Origin: Camelus ferus | Lineage: Eukaryota | Direction: 5' to 3' | DNA length: 64,000 bases | Assembly: GCF_009834535.1 (NCBI RefSeq) | Contig: NC_045698.1 | Span: 9,364,001 to 9,428,000, forward strand | Part shown: positions 29,179 to 41,831 of the stretch, one piece after another | Numbering within the stretch: position 1 is the stretch's first letter | Layout: the number at the start of each line of letters is the position of its first letter | The notes under the pieces: generated by a model | What the model was told of the DNA's origin: nothing | What the model saw: the letters and a program-made list of their open reading frames with translations, nothing else | Databases searched by the model: none | Position numbers and translations under genes: made by a program

Positions 29179-29269
29179 CATTTGGTCGAGGATTCCCATC
29201 CCAAGAATTGTTCAGGTGGGTTAATAAAGATTGGGAAACAGCGGCTGCAATGTCATAGTCGAAAAATGT
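29179..29269 (-). CDS. Candidate internal coding exon (91 nt, phase 0 to phase 1) of an unidentified gene: TFFDYDIAAAVSQSLLTHLNNSWDGNPRPN(G)
   Basis: Minus strand: polypyrimidine tract ttcttcttcttctttgacgtag at the acceptor and ATG|gtaggt at the donor. Only one of three frames is open, it retains CpGs in a CpG-poor background, and it does not resemble a repeat. No protein family recognised. Confidence 0.45.
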
Positions 29270-29639
29270 CTACGTCAAAGAAGAAGAAGAATTTTAGTTA
29301 TCAATATTTGTCATTCCTTTTGCAGTGGATACCATAAGTACTACTAAATTTTAAATAAACAATTACGTAGTGTTACATAATAAATATGTAGAGATCAAAT
29401 GGGCCATGTTATACTTCCATAACCGTTATTTTTATCTGTGATTAATTTATACATGTATTTTTCTAAGATGCAAAGAACTTTAGGTTTTTAAAAGGGTTCT
29501 AAAATGCATCTAGAGAGACACATTTAGTTCTCTTTTAGGCATTGTGAAGTATGAGGAAATACTATGATCCTGGTGAAAGTGTAGACCCTGGAATAATTTT
29601 TTTAAAAAAATGCAAGGAGAGCATAGTAATATTTTTGGA

Positions 29640-29815
29640 AGTTTAACCTTCAGACCACCTCCACTGGATCACCTGTGGTGCTTACTGAAAATGGAGTGGC
29701 TGGATTTTGCCCTAGGTCCAACTAGGTAGAGTCTCTGAGGATGAATTTATTGACTATGCATCTTTAAGAAGCTCTCCAGCTGATTTTTATGTGCACTAAA
29801 GATTGACAATCAGAG
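29640..29815. mobile_element. MER5-family MITE (MER5B-like)
   Basis: gatcacctgtggtgcttactgaaaatg...tgcatctttaagaagctctccagctgattttt. Confidence 0.55.
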
Positions 29816-31250
29816 TAAAATGGGTTAACAATGATGTAAGAGATATAATGTATGTAATGAGAAAGATCATCATGGAGACGAGAGTAAGGAGTGTTGCACA
29901 GGAAAGAAGTCAATGGGGGAGAGAGGATATGACACATTTCCCTTAAGAACAAACATAACACTTGCAGAAAAATCATTTTCTTTCCATTTGTAAAGACCAA
30001 AAGGCAAAAATATGAATTTCCTGGTTTGAGAACCAATATGTTTGGATATAAGGACCGAAGATTAAAGTCAATGGAACCAGTGTTCTGGGCACATAGACAA
30101 TGCTCAAAAACTATTCATGGGTTGAATAAATTGACAAAGATCTTAAGTGAAGGACTGAGGAGCTGAAAGGTGTTCTTTGAAATAAACAATATTAATCAAT
30201 ATAATTTATTTCAAATACTTTCTATAAAATGCTCTTTTTATCTTTCCCTTGATGCTCAAAACAACTCTCAGGGTGAATAGACATTCTCCTAAATTACAAA
30301 GTAGAAAATTCAGGCTAAGAAGATTAGAGTAACTTGCCTGACTTTGTCTAGCTACTCAGTGAACCTATGTGTTATTTATGCTCAATGTCCATCCATTGGA
30401 CATTGCCTTTTGCATCATAGAAAATTCGGCCAGTGGGACAATACCCCATATAAAATAAGTTCAGTGCTTTAGTAATCCACATTCTCTATCTAGTTCTTTG
30501 TGAATCTTATTTTCTAAATGAAATTGCCCATCTTCCTTTAGAACACATATTGTTCTATATGAATTATTTTCTACTATTTTCTGGGGGAAAAGAGTCTAGT
30601 TTTTTTTTCAATATAGGCTATATTTATTTTTATAAGTTTATACTGAAAGCTTCGAGTCTCTACGTATAATCATGACATTGTTTTTTAAAGTTAAAAACTT
30701 TCCTTTTCTTTCAAAAAAATCAGCCAATTGATCCTAATGCTGCACTAAACAGCAAGCTATAATTATTTTCATGATTGGTTTGCTCAAAAGCCTAGAAATA
30801 ACTGTGGGGTGAGAATGGTTAATGAGTACAACACATTAGCCTATATTTAATGTTTCTTTTTGGAAATGAGATTGTGATTTCAATTTAGATTACAATCACC
30901 AGGTCTGCACATCACTGAATCATCATCACATAATCTACACTGCTTGCCTCAGTGGTATTACAATAACAGCAATTCTAAACTGAGACCTAACAGTCAGAAA
31001 TAAACACAGTCTAAAATTCTCATATCTCAAAATTGTGCGGTTTCAAGAAATGAGAGGAGCTTAAAATAATTGCCAAGCTGTCACCTTGTAATTTAATTAG
31101 TCTACATTGTTGGTTCTCAAAGTTTGTCTCATCATTTTTCAATGAGTCTCCAAATTTCCTCCAAGTAAGTTATTGGGGAGAGTCCAGTAGTTCTTATTAT
31201 AAAGTGGAAGGAAGGAAGGAATAAAGACCTACCCTAAAAGGTTTGTGCCC

Positions 31251-31601
31251 TTCTATGGGCTGAATGTTCATCACTCCCCCACCAGATTCATATATGGAAG
31301 CTTTAACTCCCACTGTGATGGTACTTGGAGATGAGGGTTTTAGGAGGTAATTAGGTTTGGATTAGGTTATGAAGCTGGGCTCCTCGTGATGTCCTTAAAA
31401 GAAAAGCGTGAGAGACCAAGGAAAGGCCATGAGAGTGCACAGTGAGAAGGTGATCATTCTTAAGCCAAGAAGCAAGCCCTCATCAAGAACCGAATCTGCT
31501 GGCACTTGATCTTGGACTTGTCAGCCTTCAGAACCGTGAGCTACTGTTAGAACCACTCAGTCTATGGTCTTTTGTTATAGGAGCCCAAGCCGACTAAGAC
31601 G
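31251..31601 (+). mobile_element. MaLR MLT1A-like solo LTR
   Basis: ctatgggctgaatgt...gatggtacttggagatgagg...ttgatcttggactt..agccttcagaaccgtgag...agccgactaagac. Confidence 0.85.
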
Positions 31602-31672
31602 AGACCTGTTGATATTCCTGCTGCTATTTAGCTTGAAAAAATATTGTATTTGCTTCCCATGTCATTTGGTTC

Positions 31673-32120
31673 TGTATTAGTTAAGATTCTCTAGAGAAAT
31701 GAAACCAACAGAATACAAGGAGATATACATGAAGAGATTTACTATAGGAATTGGCTCACACAGTTATGGAGGCTGAGATGTCCCCTGCCTGCAAGCTGGA
31801 GAGCAAGGAAAGCCAGTGATGTAATGCAGTTTGAGCCTGAAAGCCCTAGAACCAGGAACATCCGTGTCTGAGGGCAGGAAAAGATAGATGTCTCAGCTCG
31901 AGAAGTTAGCGAATTCACCTTTTCTTTTCTGTCTTTTTGTTCTATTGAGGCCCTCAATGAATTGGATGACTCCTACCGGCATTGGTGAGGGTGATCGTCT
32001 TTAGTGGGTCTACTGATTCAAATTGTAATCTCTTCCTCAAAGACATATCCAAAAGTGTTTTACAAGCTATTGCCGCATCCCTTAGACCAGTCAAGTTAAC
32101 AGATAAGATCAACCATCAGA
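31673..32120 (-). mobile_element. MLT2-like (ERV-L) solo LTR with 5-bp TSD
   Basis: tgtattagttaagattctctagagaa...ggaattggctcacacagttatggaggctgag...cagtcaagttaacagataagatcaaccatca; flanks ggttc / ggtac. Confidence 0.87.
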
Positions 32121-32215
32121 GGTACTAATTGTGGATATGAGTTAGTTCAGGCAAGGACCTGGGAGCCTAGATTAAGATGAATTAGAGCCTTGTGTTCAAA
32201 GATAAATGGGAGATT

Positions 32216-32264
32216 GTGTGTGTATGTGTATGTATGTGTGAGTCTGTGTTTGTATGTGTGTGTA
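32216..32264. repeat. Degenerate (GT)n repeat
   Basis: Read directly. Confidence 0.8.
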
Positions 32265-33393
32265 TTTCAGTGTTGAGAGAAGTCTCTGAGGATATTTTAA
32301 TCTAAGTAATTCAAGTATAATCATTTGAGGATCATCCTCATTGGATCATGTTGAGGAGCTGAAATTTCAATCAACACCAGGGTAGAGTTAAATAACCTGT
32401 ATCTAGTTCATCTCACTGGAGCTTTTATAATGTGAATATATCTGCTATGGTGTTTGTTTTAAAGATACAGCTGTGAATGCCAGAAGAAAAAAAAGTTGGT
32501 CCATGTAAAGAGTCAGTAGTGCCTCCCAGGAGTAAAAGATGTTTCTCTTTTCTACTCGAGGTCATTCCCACACAGAGCCTCAGGGAAAACTTCTTTTTAT
32601 TCACAGATCCAGGAATCTACTGTAAAATAATGAAGGTGGGTGTCAGTCTGGCCCACAGCAGCGCAATAATGATGCAGACATGATAAGCCTTGAGGAATTC
32701 CTCTGCACAGTGTTGTGTTGGAGCAGCAAGTCATCATTTCCATGGCAGAGAGAGCTGCCATTTTCCTTTAGCCAATGGTTTATTTTGTGTCATGTATTTG
32801 AGTCCACAGGAGATATGGGTGGGGGGAGATTTAAAAAAACTGAGTAAACTATCATTTTTTTACTAGAATGAGAGTAAAAATGAGGCAAACGTATAGGCCC
32901 TCACCTTTTCTTGCCTCAATTACTAATGTAGACTTTTTTATACTATTCAAGAGGCTGAATCATCTGGATAATTAACTCAATAGCTTCTTACTACCAATTC
33001 CTCTTCTTTACAACTTAGATGGGTCATAAAGAATTCGTGTGTCAAAAAGTGAACAGAATTGAAAATTTCTAATTCTTTAAACAATTTATACTGTCATAGA
33101 TCTGTTTAAAATACTTTACAGTATTTGTCTATTAAATTGAAAAGTATGTAGACATTACAAAATAAGACAATACTTCAAACACAAAATTATAGGATTATAT
33201 TTATTTCATATACCTTAATAACCTCAACTTCAAAACCCCTAAAAGTAAGAGCAGGATTATCTATGTATTGCCAATGTCTACCCCAACCAACATTTGCTGA
33301 TGTGGGTGTTTAGAATAGAACCTCAAGATGAGATTAGCTCAGACTTACATTGGTCAAATCATGCAGAACACGCAGTTTGTCTTTAATCTTCCC

Positions 33394-34540
33394 TTTTTTT
33401 TTTATTGTGGAAAGACTTATGTAACATAAAAGGTACCACTGTGTGCATTTTTAAGTGTAAAACTCAGTGGCATTGATGATATTCAACATGTGCCACCATC
33501 ATCACTATTTCCAGAATTTTTATTACCTCAAACAGAAACTTTGCAGGCACTACATAATAACTCCAAATTCCCCATTCCCCTAGCCCATGATAACCTCTGC
33601 ACTAATTTCTACCTCTTTCCTGGCTGCAATTTCCAGTGTGAAGAGGGGTTTCCCAAACATACAATAAGCAATTCTCTGGACACCAGCTGGGTGTCCTACA
33701 ATTCAGATCAATTCTCTTGCTCTCTACCTCGAGATAGTATAAGGATTCAGTCCTGTAAGACTGCTCACCCCACCACCACTGCAGATGCCAGTCCCAAGCC
33801 CAGATTGTCACCTGTGCTTCTGACTGCCTGGCTAGAAATTAAAGGCTCTAAGAACAGCCTATTTGGATTTCAGACACCAGTTGACACCAGTTGACACCAG
33901 TTGTAAGTCCAGCTTGTCACTTGTACTTCTAACCAATTGGCTATAAATCAAAAGTTCCCCTTTTTGGGTTTGATTAATGTGCTAGAGTAGCTCACAGAAC
34001 TCAGAGAAACATTTTACTTACTAGATGACTAGTTTATAATAAAAGGATATAACTCAGGTACAGCCAGCTAGAGATGCACAGGGAGAGGTATGTGGAAGGA
34101 GCATAGAACTTCCATGTCCTCTCCAGATGCTCCACTTTCCCCAAATCTTCATCTTCTCGCCAACCTAGAAACTCTCCATATCCTGCCCTTTGGGTTTTCA
34201 TGGAAGCTTTATTACATAGGCAGAATGATTAAATCATTAGTCATTGGAGATTGATTCAGCTTCCAGCCTCTCTCCCCTCCTGGTCAGGGATATAGGGCTG
34301 AAAGTTCCAACCCTCTAACCACATGGTTGACTCCTCTGGCAATCAGCTCCCATCCTTACTTGAGGTCCCAAAGTCACCTCATTAACATAAAAAAAGATAC
34401 ATTTGCTGCTCTCATCACTTAGGAAATTCCAAAGACTTGAAGAGCTCTGTGCTCTAAATGAGAGGAAGACCAAATGTAATCATAACTACACCATGAATTT
34501 GCCAATTCTAGGTATTTCATATAAGTAGAATAATATGTTT
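33394..34540 (-). mobile_element. L1MB-like 3' end (33394-33616 and 34491-34540) interrupted by an LTR
   Basis: Poly-T, ttattgtgg...ttttaagtgtaaaactcagtggcatt...; the L1 text resumes after the LTR with atgaatttgccaattctaggtatttcatataagtagaat. Confidence 0.75.
33617..34490 (-). mobile_element. MER21-like solo LTR nested in L1MB
   Basis: ggacaccagctgggtgtcctacaattc, gctagagtagctcacagaactcag and an end whose reverse complement reads tgtagttatg...atttggtcttc...cacagagctc...ttggaatttcctaagtgat, all typical of MER21. Confidence 0.8.
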
Positions 34541-36780
34541 TTAAAATTTTCTATTTCCCTTCCTTTTCCTTCAGCTACTTAGATCCACATTCTATAATAA
34601 TTGATAAAACCTCCTCAAAATATGATACCCATCCCATCCCATTGCCCAAAGCTCCAGATTGAGTAATCATTTTACTACTTTAATTGAGCAAGAGAATCTA
34701 TCTGTCTTCACCAAGTTTTGTGGAAGATTGACAGACCATTCTCTTAGACTAATGTCCACTACACTGGAAAAAAATCAAGTATATTGTTTCTTTAAGTTTT
34801 TTTTTTAAATTTGTTCAGAAAAAAAGAAACTTACAGAAATTCTTCTAGATGTGCTTGTGTCTCAATTCAAGAAATAAATTACTTTCTGTTTTGATTTTGG
34901 GTTTTTTTGGAATTGTTCATCAGCATGAACAAGACTGATCCAGTCATCTCCTTAATGGCTCCATTCCCACCGAGTTTCTGCCCTTCCTATGTATAAGCAA
35001 TGACCTTACTGGAAGTGTTTATCATTATAAACAAAAGTGATGTTATTGGTGACATCATTGCTCACTTCAGTGAATATCATCCTATTGTCTCTGAAGCTTC
35101 ATCTTAACATCCTGTCACTTAGAATCCGAAGTTAGTTAGTGGTCTATGTCTCACTTTTTTTTATGTAGAGACAAATGATGCATAAACTGTTGATGACAGA
35201 AGTAGAATAAGAGCTTCCATTTCAACATGGGAAAATTCTCAGCTTGTTCATCTTGTCTGACAGATTTCCAACAATATTTCCTTGACAATTATCATTATTC
35301 ATGGACTTTATTTGCACAGAGCCTTCAAATAACTTCCTGCCATTTTAATTAGTGGTTTCTGTTCACACTATAAAAATTCAGAATGCAGGTGTTGGATTCA
35401 TGCAGTTAATTAATAATAACCATGATTTGGATAAAGCAAAATATTTTGAAACACAAACCTAGAAGATAAATATGTACTGGTACACAGTGTAAATAACATG
35501 GATGGCACTGCTGTGTAGCTGCCGTAAAGCAGTAAATTCCCATGGAGATCATTTCAATCTAAGTTTCAAAATCCTAGAGACTCTTACTACATTACCTGAA
35601 CACTTAGAATAAAGCCTTGCCACATAATTCCTAAATCTTTAAGTATTACCAATGCATCTGTCGTTTGATTTTTTTAATTTATTTATCAATAATGCCACAT
35701 GAAGAAAAGGAAATGTCATCTTAACCATTTTGCACATTTTTTTCCCTCCACACACATGACCCTGAATTTGATTCCATTTTCCATAGATTATTGAATTATT
35801 CTCTGATTGATAAAAATAATTTCTCAGGATATATTACTTTTCAGATATAATAAAAATATCCAGATACTATAATTACAACCTAAAAAATATATAAACATAT
35901 ATTATGCTAATATATTAATATATTAGATATAATGATTATGATTATTATCAATTGAATAACATTTTTTTAACATTATATGTGTTTAAGTTAGTGAAATTCC
36001 TTAATTTTTCAAAGGAAATTTTTATGAATATTGGCTCTGTAAGACGAAATGTCAGATCCGAACTGAAATTTGTCAGTTAGGTATAATTCTGTAATATACA
36101 TTGCTTGATTTGCTTATGTATAAAACATTATCATAATTTAGTTGAGATACAGCATAAAATATCTAATATTCTAACCACCAGGTAAAGGAAACCGTATGAT
36201 GTTTCTTTGCAAATCTTAGTGGAAAAGGCTCTTCCAAGAAACTATCCATTGGCTCTAAGTTTCTTCTCAGAATACTGTCTTCTATTTATTGCAGTTTAGA
36301 TTTCTACATCCAAGCAAGAAGTAAGCAAGCCATAATGGGATTTCCTAACAAACTTGAAAAAGAAATTCTTGCAGACATACACAAAGAAAGAAAATTGGAA
36401 GATACAAAATGTTGCAAGAGCGAATTTTGAGATGGATTTGAAGCATCATTTGGTAAAGAGCTGTCTTCACTCAAGATGACTAAGCAAAAAGATGTAAAAT
36501 TATTTAGGCTATTAATAAACATATCTTTCTTTTTTAATTTGCTATGGGAAAAAATATTGGTTTTGGAAATAATTGATTTTGTTGACTATCATTACTAATA
36601 CATTTATTGAATGACAATTGTCATCATAGAATGTCAACTTTTATTTGCCTTTCAGTTAAAAAAAAATCCCAAGAATTTATATTTAGAAGGTCAGTTCACT
36701 TAAATGACAGTTTAACTATGCTATCAAAGAAATGTTATATTCATTTAAAAGTCTCAGCATAGCAACAGTACAGACAAGAG

Positions 36781-36961
36781 CTGTGTTCTCAAACTTTAAA
36801 GTATATGGGGATAACCTGGCATGTTTCTTAAGGCCCAGACTGCTGGGGCCACCACCAGAGGTCCCAAATCAGTAGGTCTGGGGGAGCCTGAGAATGTGCT
36901 TCTACCAAATTGTAGGTGATGCTCAGGTTGCTGATCCAGGCTTCAGACTTTAAGATAACTG
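36781..36961. mobile_element. MER5A hAT-Charlie MITE
   Basis: gttctcaaactt...cagactgctggg...aatcagtaggtctggggg..cctgagaat...aggtgatgct...actttaagataactg. Confidence 0.8.
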
Positions 36962-37439
36962 GACTAGTATAATTAAAAGTTTGTCTTCACACCTTATTTA
37001 AAGCAAATCTCTTTAGACCAGGTCATTTTTTAAATTAAAAATTAATCTAGAATTATAGTATCAGTTTCTGAAATCTCTATACCAGATGAAATGTTCAGCA
37101 GGGAATCCTGACTAGTTTGGGATTTGAGAACTTTGTAGTAATTTAGTTTTCGCTTAAATCACCAAAGAGTTTTCTTTCATGAGATAAATGGATTGAATGT
37201 TCGGACATGGGATTCTTCAATATGTATGAGGAATAACAGATCTGTGAAAACTCAGATCATCCAAACCATTGGTTTTAAACCTGATGATCTTCCAAAATAC
37301 TCAAAATTAAGATCTTTTTAAATCACAAGTAAAATCTTTAGTATTGTGTGACCACACTGTCTCATTTGCTTCATCTTTAATTGGGAACTTGTTCTCATTG
37401 AGAACTCTTAAGCACTTTCTAGGAACCATCATCTGAAAT

Positions 37440-37500
37440 GAAAGAAAGGAAGGAAGGACAGAAGGAGGGAAGGAGGGAATAAAGGAAGGAAGGAAGGGAG
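37440..37500. repeat. Degenerate (GGAA)n purine tract
   Basis: Read directly. Confidence 0.85.
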
Positions 37501-37616
37501 GTTGCTTTTATAAAACACAGAATATGTAGAAAATACAGTGTCAATTAAACCTCACACCTGGAAATCAAACATCCTCCAAGCGTCTTTCCTATTTTGACTT
37601 CCATCCCGGTGACACG

Positions 37617-37775
37617 CAGGCTGGCTTCATGGGCACGTGACCTATGCAGTAACACAGGGTCTCATGCTTTGAAGGCCCCTGTGCTTGGTTGAATACTCTG
37701 CTGTCATTGCCTTGGATTTCTTCATAATTTTTAAAGGGGTCTTCATATTTATGTTTTGTACTGTAACCTGTCCTG
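37617..37775. mobile_element. hAT MITE (MER91-like)
   Basis: caggctggcttcatgggcacgtgacctatgcagt...gtcctg with CAGG/CCTG termini. Confidence 0.65.
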
Positions 37776-38394
37776 TACTCAGGTAATAAGATCAATTCAA
37801 ATACTGTGTTTTTTTCCTCTGCCAACGTAAATGTATGCTTGTTAAGTATATGTCTCAGAATTTTAAAAATAAATCTTGATATAATTCAAAGCCACAAGTA
37901 CTTCTAAGCACATCTACACACAGGAAATGTGTTAAATACGACAAAATAACTGCATAGAAGAGAACTAAACTTGGAAAAGAAAAAAAAGAAAGAAAATGAG
38001 CATATGCTTGGTGGGAACAGATTTATAATGAAATTAATCAAATAAGAGGAAGAAAGAATTTGAGCCTAAGGACTCAGTAGAAGCATTCTCATGTCCACTC
38101 GGGGAAGGAAATCAGATTCCTGCATATGAGAGGAACATACTGTTGAGCAAACTAGATTATCATTTAATCTACGGTGAAATACACACAGGCAGATCTAGCA
38201 CTTTATGTACTGTGTGTGGAGAGGTTTCTGGTCTACGTGAGCACAGATAAAAATTGTCCAATAGCAAGACAAATCTACTTAGTACATGTGGGCATATCTT
38301 CTATTAGGAGGTTCTTATTAATTATTAAATCAATGCATATTTTTATTACTCACAAAAACAAAGTTGTTATTTTTATCAGATTGCACAAATAACC

Positions 38395-38462
38395 GAGGAG
38401 AGGATATAGCTCATGCACAAGGTCCTGGGTTCAACCCTAGGACCTCCATTAAAATAAATAAA
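38395..38462 (+). mobile_element. Camelid tRNA-derived SINE (Vic-1 type), internally deleted, with 16-bp TSD
   Basis: gaggagaggatatagctca|tgcacaaggtcctgggttcaaccctaggacctccattaaaataaataaa, flanked by cagattgcacaaataa at 38377-38392 and 38463-38478. Confidence 0.88.
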
Positions 38463-39044
38463 CAGATTGCACAAATAATCAACACTGAGGGACAATGTAA
38501 AGAATACTGTGCTACTTTCAAAAGATCACTTTAAGAGCATGTCTACATGTGAGGGTAGGGAGGTAGAGTGGACAGGAGTTAAATACACATTTTATTTCCA
38601 TTATAATGAACTCCCAAGTTTCAGGCAAACAAGAGTCTAACACTTCCAGTAACTGATCCTTTGAAATAGCAGCAGTGTAAAAACGAATTAACCAAGGAAA
38701 GAAAACATTCTGAAATAGAATATTGTGTAACTTGTCCAGGAAGGATTTATTTTCATTAAAAATATGTAAATAGTGGATACTGAATTAAAATTACTCTAGA
38801 ATTTGAATAGCAAACCCATAATCAATGAGCTGCATAAAGAAAAAGGTTATTCTATTGCCCATCTTACTTTTTAATGCACATAAAATTTTACAAATAAGAT
38901 TCTGAAACTTCTAATTCTTAGGCAATAGTCTTGCAAAAATAATCATTCTAATTCATCTATATTATTATTTCCTTGAATTATGAGACTGAAGAGCAGAGTA
39001 TACATTTTTTATTAAATCACTGCAAAGTGTACTTTGGAGAAGAA

Positions 39045-39275
39045 TACTTGAGAATCACTCTGCTAAGTTTTAAACTTAACTCTGACTTTTAGTAGCTGTG
39101 TGAGTTTGGGAAAATTCTTAGATTCTGTGGGTCTCACATTTTCCATCTTTTGCAAATGATAATGATAGCAAAAATGTCATAAGGCTTGTCTGAGAATTAA
39201 ATGAATTAGTAGATGTAAAGTGCTTAGAATGCTGTCTGGTATTTGGTAGAAAAAATAGATATTATTATTGTTGTT
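39045..39275 (+). mobile_element. MIR SINE
   Basis: tagtagctgtgtgagtttggg...gagaattaaatga...tgtaaagtgcttagaatgctgtctgg. Confidence 0.75.
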
Positions 39276-40499
39276 TTTATTATTCTCATAATATAGCAGG
39301 GCCCTAGACTAACATAACAGTCACAAAGGCCATCCAGAGGAAGAGATTTGTGTAACTGAACTGAACTTCTCCAACACACATTATATGTACATGTACTATA
39401 ACATATGTGCTTAAAGGGTCTCATGTATCCGACTTGCAGAAAGCAATCTGTGTTTTACTCATCTTTGCATTATTTATGCAAACTTCCACCCTTAAAAATA
39501 TTTGCTAAATTAAAATTCCCATATAACTGCAACTGTCTACACACTTACTTCCAAATATTATAGAAAGGTTATCTTCCTTAAGAAAGAATAGAAGAACAAG
39601 AAGTCATTAAAATTTCAGATCTAGCCTGTAGGAGACCCTGGACATCAGGAAATCCAGGCTCCTCATTAGAGAGATGAGAAAACTGGACCAGAGAAATCAA
39701 ATTGTGTGTTAGAATCCCTAGCTAGCAAATGCCTACACTGAACAATTGCACTGAGATTGTAACCCAAGTTCCCTAATTCCAGCATCAATGCAGCTCACAC
39801 TAACACTGGAGTTCAGGAGAACTTTTAGTTTCTAATCCCCAAGTGTGCAAGGGTATTGCTTTATAGCATTTATAATAATAGCTTTCTCTCCACTGTTGAA
39901 AATGCCTAACAAGGGTCTAAATCTCCAACCAATCGCCTTGCTCTGCTGATAGAAAAACAATACCTTTACTCTCTCAGAAGTTGTATCTTTTTAGAAAGGA
40001 GAATCAATGTAAACCTTACTTGCAAAGAAAATGTCATCTTATTATAGTTCATCATTTTAAGTGCTATGGATATAGGAAACCAAGTAAAAACAATGAAAAT
40101 TCTATTTTAAAAAAGGTTAACTCTAAGTATTATTATGTTACGAGTCAAGTGAATAGAAATGCAGTATTTTTTTCAGTAACAGCAATTGCATCTTGGCAAG
40201 GATCCAGTTAGGGTTGGCCATGATGATAAATACGTCTGATTTGAAATCTCACATCTTTCTGATGACTAAAGGATATTTTGTTTTAGAGTCAACATATATT
40301 TCTAGAATGATTCACTTCCATTTAACTCAGGTTATCACATCTCGGGGAAAAAAGAAAAATCTCTCCTATGACTCATTTTTATATAAATAAGTGCCCTATT
40401 TACAAAACTTGGCAAAATAAATTCTTTAGTTTATAAAATAAATGTATGGTACAAGGCCAATCAAATCAGTGCACATCTGAGGGCTTTGAAACATAGTCC

Positions 40500-40740
40500 A
40501 CATACACGATGGCATTTCTATTCTGCTTGTGTCCATTTTCTTAAAATAAAAACTACATACCATCCATCCAACTCTTAGCAGTCTCTACGGAGAGATCCAT
40601 TTCTCTGGGGCTTCTATTAGACTATATCACATTGACAGCCTCTAGTCCCTCGGTCTATGTTCAACCCTTAGAACAAAGCTGAAAAATTGTAAGCATTCAT
40701 AAGCATTTAATAAATGAGTGAATAAATGAATGAATGAACA
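40500..40740 (+). mobile_element. L2 3' end
   Basis: taataaatgagtgaataaatgaatgaatgaa terminal repeat. Confidence 0.45.
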
Positions 40741-41481
40741 ATAAGGTCTATCGAGATTCTTTTGATGATGAATAATTTGCAAGCGCTATGCTTAAAACAA
40801 AGTTTTTAAATAAAACTCTAATCTCAACTCAGCAGAAAACTCCCCACTTACTAATAGCTTCAAGATTTATTTGAAAGAAAAGAAAATCAAGATGAATAGT
40901 AATATGCAGAATATGCTACCATTGTATTTAAAGAAAGAGGAAATGGAAGCAAATAGTTATGCTTGGTATTTATTCCAAAAAATCTAAAATTATTTCTAAT
41001 ATTTTTTACAAATTTTAAGTTAAAAAACAATTGAAAATAATAGTTTTACAAATGGGAATAAATGTGTTACTTGCATGTGCTGAATGAGGGAGAGGAAGTA
41101 TGTCTATAGAAATACATGGATGGCAGGGAAGGATTATCCTATATAGCATTTAAGTTATTCAATTTTGAACTTGGTGAAAGAAATGCCTATTCAAATAAAT
41201 TTTACATATGAACTCTCCAATTAGGATATATTGAGTTTGGTTAAATTGAGGTATGTTTCTAAGAGGAACGCTTTTATTTAAGCTACCCTCTATTTTATGA
41301 TGACTCTCATGTGCTATGATAAACCCCAAGACTCTCCCCCACCATTCCCATACAACATTCGTCAATAGATTTTTGTTGTTGTTCTGATAAAAATAGTTTC
41401 CCTCTGCTAAATTTTACCTAATTGCTCTCTTGTGGATATCTACCAAAAGTAGCCAGCAGTCATCTTATCTTTTTTTTTCAG

Positions 41482-41831
41482 TTCTTTTTTTTTTAATTAT
41501 TGAAGTACAATCAGTTACAATGTGTCAATTTCCAGCATACACCAGAATGCCCCAGTCATGCATATACATACATGTATTCGTTTTCATATTCTTTTTCATT
41601 AAAGGTTATTACAAGATATTGAATACAGTTCCCTGTGCTGTACAGAAGAAATTCAGTTATTTATCTCTTTTATATATAGTGGCTAACATTGGCAAATCTC
41701 AAACTTCCAAATGTATCCCTTCCCACCCCTTCCCCTCAGTAATTATAAGACTGTTTACTATGTCTGCGAGTCTGTTTCTGTTTTGTAGATGAGTTCATAG
41801 TGTCCTTTTCTTTTCTTTTTTTTTTTTTTTT
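41482..41831 (-). mobile_element. L1 3' UTR fragment (camelid-type)
   Basis: T-tract followed by ttgaagtacaatcagttacaatgtgtcaatttccagc...tacaagatattgaatacagttccctgtgctgtacag, homologous to the 3' end of the L1 at 57 kb. Confidence 0.92.

Noticed and set aside
39551..39578. Minus-strand 28-nt micro-exon (EDNLSIIFG) with aag acceptor and gtaagt donor
   Set aside because: Such matches are expected by chance in 64 kb, and the phase does not chain directly to the 29.2-kb candidate.
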